From Limnothrix sp. BL-A-16 (GTDB taxonomy: Bacteria; Cyanobacteriota; Cyanobacteriia; CACIAM-69d), in assembly GCA_041937175.2 (NCBI GenBank), contig CP166615.1, positions 3,167,547 to 3,199,546 on the forward strand: a stretch of 32,000 bases of DNA. Reading direction: 5' to 3'. The notes below the pieces were generated by a model. It searched no databases and was not told the origin of the DNA. It saw nothing but the letters and a program-made list of their open reading frames with translations. Of this stretch, positions 24,861 to 32,000 are shown piece after piece. Position 1 is the first letter of the stretch; each line of letters begins with the position of its first letter. The position numbers and the translations under genes are program-made.

Positions 24861-26297
24861 TCAGAATTCGGCGGTGAGGGGCAACCACACTTCAAAACTG
24901 GTGCCGGGTAAATCGAAGGGGCGATCGGGATAGGTTTCTGGCCAACGGGGCGATCGCAATCGGAGGTGGCCCCCATGGCGCGCAATGATTTCGTGGGTGA
25001 TGGCCAGACCCAGGCCCGTTCCTTTCCCGATCGGCTTGGTGGTGAAAAAGGTCTCAAAGATTTTGGTCTGAATGGCTTCGGGAATGCCGGGGCCGTTGTC
25101 GGCAATTTCCACCATCACCCAGCCCGTCACATCCATGGTGCGGGGTTCCACCGCCGCGATCGAGGCCGGCTCGATCGCCGCCAAATCCGCCGGCAACTCG
25201 TTCATGCATTGGGTGCGAATCATGATTGTCGGCTGCCAGCGTTGTCGCTCCAGTGGCGGAATTTGGTTTTGCACCTCCAGCAGCGCATCCACCGCATTGG
25301 CCAGCAGGTTCATAAACACTTGGCTCAGGTGTCCCGACTGGCAAGCCACCAGGGGCAATTCTCCATAGGTGCGAATCACTTCCACCCCTTCTCGCAGGCG
25401 GTTGTTAAGCACGATCAGAGTGCTCTCAATGCAATCGTGCAGGTCGGCAGCCTTGAAGTTTTCTGACCCCACATGGGAAAAGCTTTGGAGACCGGCAACG
25501 GTTTTTTTCAGTTTGTCTGCCCCGATCGCCATGCTGTCGATCAGTTTGGGCAAGTCCTCCCGCAGGAAGTCGAACTCCATGGTCGATCGCAACCGTTGCA
25601 AGGTCTCGGGAACTTCCGGCAGCAGGGCTTCATAGGCCGTCACCAGCTCAATCAAATCTCGGGCGTATTGGGTCAGATAAACCACATTGCCCGAAATGAA
25701 ATTCACCGGATTTTTAATTTCATGGGAAATGCCCGCCACCATCCGCCCCAGGCTGGCCATCTTCTCCGCTTGAATCACCTGAGCGCGGGTTTGTTCTTGA
25801 ATCCGCTGCATGGCTAGCTCGTGAATTTGGGATTGAGCCACCAGCAACTGGTGAATATCCAGCAGACAATAGCAGCCTTCCTGGGATTCCACCGCCAACG
25901 GTTCATAGAGCAAATCGGGCGATCGCTCCAGGGCCGCCCGCCCCGCCTGCACCACAAGCGTGCTGCCCGACAACACCAACAGCGGCACATGGGCGTATTG
26001 ATACATTACGCGCAGGGGCCGATGTAGAAATAACTCCGGGCCATATTGCCGGCTCAGGTGCTTAAAAAAACGCCGCCGCGACAGCAGCCCCGCAAAGGCT
26101 CCTCGATCGAGCAATACGGCCCCTGGCAGCAGGGGATCCGCCTCCAAGGCTTGGGCCAGCTCAATCCCCGGCTGTGACAAATCCATGGCAAAGCAGGATA
26201 GGCACAAGTCATTGAGCGTGGACTCCAAATTCAGCGAGGCAGCAAGATTGGGCAGCACAGCCGGAGCAGCCATGGTTGAAGTGGAAGTGGCAAGCAT
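24861..26297 (-). CDS. Soluble sensor histidine kinase (orphan)
   Basis: H-box ISHEIKNPVNFI, N-box NLLANAVDA, G1 DNGPGIP and G2 GKGTGLGLAI are present. A roughly 170-aa N-terminal sensory region has no TM helix. No response regulator is adjacent. Confidence 0.85.
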   Translation of the reverse strand: MLATSTSTMAAPAVLPNLAASLNLESTLNDLCLSCFAMDLSQPGIELAQALEADPLLPGAVLLDRGAFAGLLSRRRFFKHLSRQYGPELFLHRPLRVMYQYAHVPLLVLSGSTLVVQAGRAALERSPDLLYEPLAVESQEGCYCLLDIHQLLVAQSQIHELAMQRIQEQTRAQVIQAEKMASLGRMVAGISHEIKNPVNFISGNVVYLTQYARDLIELVTAYEALLPEVPETLQRLRSTMEFDFLREDLPKLIDSMAIGADKLKKTVAGLQSFSHVGSENFKAADLHDCIESTLIVLNNRLREGVEVIRTYGELPLVACQSGHLSQVFMNLLANAVDALLEVQNQIPPLERQRWQPTIMIRTQCMNELPADLAAIEPASIAAVEPRTMDVTGWVMVEIADNGPGIPEAIQTKIFETFFTTKPIGKGTGLGLAITHEIIARHGGHLRLRSPRWPETYPDRPFDLPGTSFEVWLPLTAEF

Positions 26298-26904
26298 AGG
26301 AAATGAGGGTGCAGAGGGACGGGCGAGCAGCCAACAGGCTCAGAGCATTGCACAGGGGGCTTTGGGCCAATCTCGGGGCCGAGATTTCATGGGGAAAAAT
26401 GAATCAGGCTGGCACGCTCGATCGAAATCGCCTTAGATAGCCCATACAACCCCAAGAAAATCCAGTGTTGATCAACTAATTGCCTTGGCCAAGGGCCTCG
26501 GTCAATTGATTCAGTTTAATGAATCGATCGCTTGGAATCGGGGTCTTAAGATTACTTGGTTGCAGGTAAGCGTTCCCGACTTCTATCCTTTTCAAGGCTA
26601 ACATCTTACAGCAGGAAAGACAGAATAGATCTACCATAAAATCTTGTCAAAGCATCTGATTTCAATCAGCCCAGCGTTGTCAGGGCAAGGCTTTGCCGTG
26701 ACAGCAAGTTCATTATTGAATCATCGGCTCAAGAGATCTTCATGATCTTTTTTGGGGATATTTTTAGGAAATGGGCTAAGGGAATTTTTATTGAAACTTG
26801 ATCTGTTGATAATATGCGTTTAACCAATACTTAAACAAATGACAGTAACAATCTTTTCTGCGCTAGGTTTTGCTACCTGGAGCTGTGGCGGCCTTGTTCG
26901 ATCT

Positions 26905-26997
26905 TGATTGTTCGATTCTGATTGCCCTATTTTGATTGCCCGATCTTGAGGTTCAGCACTATTTTGGGTGCTGTTTCTGGTGCTGTTTTTGGTGCTG
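26905..26997. repeat. Two short tandem micro-arrays in a long intergenic region
   Basis: TGATTG recurs at 26905, 26919 and 26933, with TGAG at 26947 (14-bp period). GGTGCTG recurs at 26967, 26979 and 26991 (12-bp period). Confidence 0.6.
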
Positions 26998-27123
26998 GGC
27001 CATGGGTTCGATCGCGCTCTGTTCGATCGCGTTCTTGAGCCAATTCCCGATCGAGGTTTGGATATCGCCATTCGATCGGGAATCGATCAGACCCGATCGC
27101 GGCCATGAGGGTCAATCAGCAAC

Positions 27124-30012
27124 CTAGCAAAGGGGATGGCGAGCCGATTGGGAACGGGGCAAGGAACGAATGGCCGGTGGCAATCCGGCATTGAGAAACA
27201 GACCGGCTTCCTCGGCGGGCACGGCTCTGGAGAATAAATAGCCCTGGCCAAAGCCGCAGCCCAAGTCTCGCAGGTGATCAATTTGGGGCTGGGTTTCAAT
27301 GCCCTCGGCAATGACGCTGAGGCCCAAATCGTTGGCTAAACCGATGACGGCACGGACGATCGCCGCGTCGCGCTGATTTTCGAGCATGGCTTGAATGAAC
27401 GATCGCTCGATTTTGATCGAGTCGATCGGGAATTCCCGCAAATAGTTGAGGGAGCAGTAGCCCGTGCCAAAGTCATCGAGGCAAATTTTAATCCGCCGTT
27501 CCCGCAGTCGATCGAGACAGGCACGGCTGGCGTTGGGATCCAGCGCCAAGGAGGTTTCGGTGATCTCTAGGCGCAGTTCATAGCCTTCCAGGTCGTAGGC
27601 ATCCATCAGCACTTCAATCAGGTCGGCCAATTCGGGAACCAGTTGCCGGGCCGAAAGGTTGACATTCACCCAAATGGGGAACACTTCGGGCATTTGGGTT
27701 TTCCAGATGGCAATTTGCTTGCAAGCGGACTGCAACACCCAATTCCCGATCGGGACGATCGCCCCGCGATCTTCCGCTAACCCAATGAAAGAAGCGGGCA
27801 TCATTAACCCGTGGCGCGGGTGTTGCCAACGAATCAGGCTTTCAAACCCCACAATCGATCGGGAGTCGAGGGAAACAATCGGTTGGTAATGCAAACAAAA
27901 TTCCCGCCGCTCGATCGCCCAGCGCAAATCCGTTTCCAGTTGCAAGAGCTGTTCCGTGTCCGATTGCAGGGCCGCATCAAAAATCACAAAACTGCCATTT
28001 CGCTGTTGTTTGGCCCGATGCAAGGCCGCATCCGCATCGCGCAAAATCCGATAGGGTTGGTCGGGGCGCGAATCTCCGTGGGAATCGGGGCGGCAAACAA
28101 TGCCCATGCTCGCTTGCAAAAACACATCACGCCCATCCACCACAAAGGGATCGCGAAACACATCCTGAAGGCGGTGGGCGGCGGCCTTGGCGGCGGCCAA
28201 CTGCCCCTCGTCGGAGGTGGCGGCGGACTCCACCAACACCACAAACTCATCACCCCCCGTGCGAGCCAGCACGTAATCGGGGGAAATGGCCTTTTCCAAA
28301 CGGCCCGCCAGCATCATCAGCAGCCGATCGCCCACCCAATAGCCCAGACTGTTGTTAATCCGTTTGAAGCCGTCAATATCCAAGAACAACAACACAAAGC
28401 GAAACTGCGGATCGCGCCGCCCCCGAGACACCGCTTCCACCAACCGCTCCAAAAACCAAGACCGATTCCACAGGCCCGTCAGCACATCATGGGAGGAGTT
28501 GTATTGCAATTGGGCTTCTACCCATTTGCGGGAGGTGATGTCTAGCAGGCATCCTTCGTAATAGAGCAATCGTCCGTTGCGATCGCGCACGGCTTGGGCC
28601 CGTTGATCCACCCAAATGCGTTGGCCGTCTTGGCAATAGACCTGACATTCAAAGTTGCAAGCATCCTGACTTTGTTCCAACAGCTCTAGGAAGCGCACTT
28701 CATCGGCCGGGCGCACGTAGAGGCGGCGATCGGTGGCATTCAGGGCCCGCAGGGCCGCCTCAGGAGACTCATAGCCCAAAATGGCCGCAAAGGCAGGATT
28801 GGCATGGAGATAGCGACCATCGGGAGACACCTGAAAAATCCCCTCGATCGCCCGTTCAAATAGGTTGCGGTAGCGGGCTTCGGCCTGTTTGTGCTGCAAA
28901 ATGGGCCCCAGTTGGGCGGTGACGATCGCCAACCGGTTCAGCAAGGTTAAGTCCCGCTCTCGGGGGCTGGTGGCAAACAAAGTCAGCACCGCCAACACAT
29001 GATCGCCGGTCAGAATGGGCAACACCACGCTCGATCGCAAGCCCACCCCCAGGGCCATTTGGCTGCGGCTGCAATGGTCGATCGACTCCAGCTCATAGTT
29101 GCTGATCCATTCCGGGCGTTTGGTTTGCCAAACTCGTCCCGGTGGCTGGCAACCCAGTTTCAGGGTCAAATCCAAGCTAGCCTGCCGAAACAAGTTCACC
29201 CCCTCGATCGCACAGAACCAAGCGGGGCTGCAAACCAACGACGCACCATCTAGGCTGGGCACCCAAGCTTCGCCCGCAACCCAGCCGGTTTCTTGGCCCA
29301 ACACTTGCAACGCTTCTTCCAAAGCGGAGTCAAAATCAGCCGCTGCACTGGTCACGGCCACAACCCGGTTCCACAAATCGGCATAGGCCGGGGATTGGGC
29401 TTCGGCTAAGGATGAAGCTGCCGCCTCTGCAACGGTGGAAGGGCAAGATTCCGCACTGGCTGCACCACCCATGGGCCCCATGGAACGGTTGCCCCCCTGC
29501 ACCACCCCATCCCCCAACGCCTCAGGATTGGCATGGGCCAGAAAACGGGGCAATCGGAGCGATCGGGGAAATTGGGGCGATCGAACCCGAGGCCAGCGCC
29601 ACCGGCCCAACGAACCAGGAACCGCCCCCAAGGAATCCGCCGCCATCAGGCTTGGATCCAACACCTTCAGCAGGCGATGGCGCAAGAGGCGATCGCTCAG
29701 CCACAGCACCAGGGACAAACCCGTTAAGCCCAGGGGGCCCCACAATTCCGTGTAGGGGCTGCGAGGCGGCAATTCTGCGGGCCAAGGGGTTGTGGGCGTT
29801 GGGCCTGTTCCCAAATCTCGGGGCGATCGCGCCATGGCCGATCGCCCCACCCCCTCAACACAACCCAAGCAGACCACCAAGGCCACAGCCAGCCCTAACG
29901 GGAGAACCGATCGTTGCGGACGACTTTTACCCCCCGGCCGCCGGATTCGGCAGCTCGATCGGTGATTTTGTTGACTGCGCACTACACCCCAACCATTTCG
30001 TCCTTGAGTCAT
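27124..30012 (-). CDS. Multidomain c-di-GMP signalling protein (2 TM, GAF, PAS, GGDEF, EAL)
   Basis: GGDEF site ARTGGDEFVV. EAL blocks are EFCLHYQPIV, ELRLEITE, DDFGTGY and QGYLFSR. PAS-like (FERAIEGIFQVSPDGRYLHANPAF) and GAF-like regions precede them. The Pro/Arg-rich N-terminal roughly 200 aa make the exact start uncertain. Confidence 0.85.
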   Translation of the reverse strand: MTQGRNGWGVVRSQQNHRSSCRIRRPGGKSRPQRSVLPLGLAVALVVCLGCVEGVGRSAMARSPRDLGTGPTPTTPWPAELPPRSPYTELWGPLGLTGLSLVLWLSDRLLRHRLLKVLDPSLMAADSLGAVPGSLGRWRWPRVRSPQFPRSLRLPRFLAHANPEALGDGVVQGGNRSMGPMGGAASAESCPSTVAEAAASSLAEAQSPAYADLWNRVVAVTSAAADFDSALEEALQVLGQETGWVAGEAWVPSLDGASLVCSPAWFCAIEGVNLFRQASLDLTLKLGCQPPGRVWQTKRPEWISNYELESIDHCSRSQMALGVGLRSSVVLPILTGDHVLAVLTLFATSPRERDLTLLNRLAIVTAQLGPILQHKQAEARYRNLFERAIEGIFQVSPDGRYLHANPAFAAILGYESPEAALRALNATDRRLYVRPADEVRFLELLEQSQDACNFECQVYCQDGQRIWVDQRAQAVRDRNGRLLYYEGCLLDITSRKWVEAQLQYNSSHDVLTGLWNRSWFLERLVEAVSRGRRDPQFRFVLLFLDIDGFKRINNSLGYWVGDRLLMMLAGRLEKAISPDYVLARTGGDEFVVLVESAATSDEGQLAAAKAAAHRLQDVFRDPFVVDGRDVFLQASMGIVCRPDSHGDSRPDQPYRILRDADAALHRAKQQRNGSFVIFDAALQSDTEQLLQLETDLRWAIERREFCLHYQPIVSLDSRSIVGFESLIRWQHPRHGLMMPASFIGLAEDRGAIVPIGNWVLQSACKQIAIWKTQMPEVFPIWVNVNLSARQLVPELADLIEVLMDAYDLEGYELRLEITETSLALDPNASRACLDRLRERRIKICLDDFGTGYCSLNYLREFPIDSIKIERSFIQAMLENQRDAAIVRAVIGLANDLGLSVIAEGIETQPQIDHLRDLGCGFGQGYLFSRAVPAEEAGLFLNAGLPPAIRSLPRSQSARHPLC

Positions 30013-30220
30013 GCCTGCCCCTACTTATCAGCGACATCAGCCCTAGTTTTGGTAATCCCGGGCCGTCGTTTTTGAGTGCTAGCCAGCCATCGCTCATCGA
30101 TCGTCTACCCCATGGTCGATCGGGAATAACCCAACCAACGCTTTGCAGAATTGGCGAAAAATCGATTGGCGTTTGGGATTAGCGTTCAATTTTTCGCGCC
30201 CAGCTTTTAGTGTCCTCTAT

Positions 30221-31312
30221 TTAAATTGTGACCTTCAAAGCATGATCTTTGGCCAGTCGTTGATCGCGCCGCACCAACCGACCGTTAAACCCAACAATTT
30301 CCCGAGGTAGCTGATCATCACGCAGGGAGCGGAAAGGATTGAGTTGATAACTGCTATACCGCAAATTGGGAGATCCAAACCGTGCATCAATGACGGTCAA
30401 AGTACGGATTGGAGTGCTAGAGGTGCCCAGCCACGATCGCGCACCGCCTCCCAAACATCCCAGGTGTAATAGATCGACCGTACCCATGCGCGCCGGAAAG
30501 TAAGCATGGTGATGGCCCGTGATGTAGGCCGTGACTTGGGCCCGTTCCAAGAGCGATTGCACTTGGGTGGTGTCTCGCAACACATTTCCCGGCTGGTTGC
30601 GTTGGGGAGTAACCGCATGGAGTGGCATATGACCCAACAACAATCGCACCTGGGCTGCTCGGCCGACTTCTGAGGTAAACAACTGCTCAGCCCGTAATAA
30701 TTGTTCCGTACTAATGACGGGCCCCGAAGCATCCCAGGAGACAATTAGGGCATTTCCCATCCGAAATGCATAAAAAAAAGGGAACCAGGCATCATCCACC
30801 CAGTCCCAATTCATTGTTGATCGCTGCCTTCGCCAATAGGCTGCGGCTTCGTTTCGATCGAGTGCATATTTAAAAGTTCGATCGGGCAAGGTGATGTTTG
30901 AAGCGTCGTGATTGCCCAAGGTGAACGCAAAGGGAATCCCCCCTTGGCGCAGCGGTTGATAGATGGTGCGATCGAAACCGGCCCACATGGCTTGGAACTG
31001 CGATCGGGTGAGGCCCAGCTTTTGGCCCGCCACCATGTCCCCGCCACAAACCACCAAATCCGGCTGCCAGCGCTGAATCAGGGCGATCGCCTGATGAACC
31101 TCCGCGCGGTAATCCGTTTCGCCATAGCCATTGTTCAGATCGCTGATGGCAATGATCCGCAAATCACCCCGATCGGGTGGGGGCGTTTGCTCCAAATTGG
31201 GAGGACTTTGGGCCCAGGTGCGATCGGCCCGTTGCAGCCAGGTCGCCGCCCCCGTGGCCAGCACACCACCGGTCAATAGATTTTGAACAAACTGACGACG
31301 GGATTGAGTCAC
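30221..31312 (-). CDS. Tat-exported calcineurin-like metallophosphoesterase
   Basis: GTG start. Twin-arginine signal MTQSRRQFVQNLLTGGVLATGAATW. Metallophosphoesterase blocks are ISDLN, GGDMV, GNHD, GHMP and GHHH. Confidence 0.8.
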   Translation of the reverse strand: MTQSRRQFVQNLLTGGVLATGAATWLQRADRTWAQSPPNLEQTPPPDRGDLRIIAISDLNNGYGETDYRAEVHQAIALIQRWQPDLVVCGGDMVAGQKLGLTRSQFQAMWAGFDRTIYQPLRQGGIPFAFTLGNHDASNITLPDRTFKYALDRNEAAAYWRRQRSTMNWDWVDDAWFPFFYAFRMGNALIVSWDASGPVISTEQLLRAEQLFTSEVGRAAQVRLLLGHMPLHAVTPQRNQPGNVLRDTTQVQSLLERAQVTAYITGHHHAYFPARMGTVDLLHLGCLGGGARSWLGTSSTPIRTLTVIDARFGSPNLRYSSYQLNPFRSLRDDQLPREIVGFNGRLVRRDQRLAKDHALKVTI

Positions 31313-31341
31313 AATGACGGCCTCTGGGGGGTAATCAACCG

Positions 31342-31405
31342 TGATTGATTAACTTGCTTGATTAACTTGACTGATTAACTTGACTGATTAACTTGCTTGA
31401 TTAAT
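31342..31405. repeat. 4.5 tandem copies of a 13-bp unit TGATTAACTTG(CT/AC)
   Basis: Units lie at 31346-58, 31359-71, 31372-84 and 31385-97, with a partial unit at 31398-31405. The array starts 30 nt upstream of the metallophosphoesterase GTG and runs into the aroK stop codon (31401-31403). Confidence 0.85.
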
Positions 31406-31961
31406 TTTCGGTGGAGCCAGTCACCTCCGGCCGCAAGACTCCGCGAATGCCCACCAGAATTTGATCCACCACTTGGGCGGGGGACTGCTCCGGCTCGATC
31501 GCCACTTGCAAGTCCGCTTGGGCATATTGGGCCGATCGACGATCGCGCAATTCCGCCAAGGCCGCCACCGGGTCGGACGACTGCAACAGGGGCCGCTGGG
31601 CAATTTCGGCCGGATCCGCCTGCAAGCGGCCCACGATCGTTTCCAGGGCTGGATCTAACCAAATCACCAATCCATGGCGCAAATAACCCCAATTTTCCGG
31701 TTGGGTGACAATGCCGCCCCCGGTTGCCACCACCAATCGCTTATAGGCGGACAGTTGCGCCAAAACCTGAGTTTCCAGTTGGCGAAAGGCCGCCTCGCCT
31801 TCGGTAGCAAAAATTTGGGCGATCGACTGGCCCGCAGCCTGCTCAATCAACTGATCTGTGTCAAAAAAGCGATAATCCAGGGCGGCAGCTAACTGGCGGC
31901 CGGTGCTGCTTTTTCCTGACCCCATTAGCCCGACTAAATACAGACTGGTGCCACGAATCAA
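31401..31961 (-). CDS. aroK: Shikimate kinase
   Basis: Walker [23 protein letters not shown], and the shikimate-binding GGG block (VVATGGGIV). 186 aa. The start is TTG at 31961, so the exact start is uncertain. Confidence 0.85.
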   Translation of the reverse strand: MIRGTSLYLVGLMGSGKSSTGRQLAAALDYRFFDTDQLIEQAAGQSIAQIFATEGEAAFRQLETQVLAQLSAYKRLVVATGGGIVTQPENWGYLRHGLVIWLDPALETIVGRLQADPAEIAQRPLLQSSDPVAALAELRDRRSAQYAQADLQVAIEPEQSPAQVVDQILVGIRGVLRPEVTGSTEN

Positions 31962-32000
31962 GGTGGCGAGATGTTGGGGATTGGGTGGATCGGAAAAGTC

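Noticed and set aside
26820-27127. Small ORFs (83, 62 and 63 aa) in the kinase/GGDEF-EAL spacer
   Set aside because: They are low-complexity (Ser/Arg/Asn/Thr or Cys/Phe/Trp runs generated by the micro-repeats), mutually overlapping, and lack SD sequences.
29412-30182. 256-aa Pro-rich + strand ORF
   Set aside because: It is antisense to the N-terminal region of the GGDEF-EAL gene and extends into intergenic DNA. It is low-complexity with no motif.
1-32000. Search for tRNA, rRNA, CRISPR arrays, IS elements or integrases
   Set aside because: I saw no T-loop/acceptor-type tRNA signatures, no rRNA-like stretches, no repeat-spacer arrays, and no transposase or integrase-like ORFs in any frame of the track. 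This was not confirmed by any tool.

Overview
This window looks like a cyanobacterial chromosome segment. It is GC-rich, with dozens of HIP1 octamers (GCGATCGC) inside and between genes. No rRNA, tRNA, CRISPR array, transposase or integrase is visible.

Housekeeping genes:
- A tandem pspA-vipp1 pair, thioredoxin and a class I/II aminotransferase.
- glmM, a GH57 glucan-branching enzyme and aroK.

Signalling and secreted-enzyme genes:
- An orphan soluble histidine kinase and a GAF-PAS-GGDEF-EAL protein.
- A Tat-exported metallophosphoesterase.

Two accessory, conflict-system-like regions interrupt these genes.

1. About 7.0-16.0 kb. This is a run of small toxin-antitoxin and nuclease-type modules: MntA with a decayed HepT stub, Uma2, XisH/XisI and VapBC. 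A tightly packed six-gene co-directional block follows. It is headed by a 1260-aa TPR-CHAT (caspase-like) protein and ends in a translationally coupled pair of unknown proteins, a zinc-ribbon-like protein and a 4-TM membrane protein.

2. About 18.97-22.3 kb. An NB-ARC/TPR STAND NTPase has no N-terminal effector domain and no ATG or Shine-Dalgarno (SD)-preceded start of its own. It lies in the -1 frame of an upstream 165-aa coiled-coil ORF. That ORF ends in a dnaX-type A_AAA_AAG slippery heptamer, followed 5 nt later by a GC-rich hairpin. An orphan xisI flanked by 97-bp direct repeats follows.

I rank the frameshift-linked STAND module and the CHAT-headed block as the best candidates for an undescribed system.

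Other sequence-level oddities:
- A GGGATC array phased at exactly 10 bp that also matches the G-quadruplex motif.
- Pho-box-like 13-bp tandem repeats upstream of the secreted phosphoesterase.
- 44-bp palindrome-bearing tandem repeats.
- Near-identical in-frame 138-bp and 126-bp coding repeats.

All family assignments come from motif recognition by eye. No database search was run.
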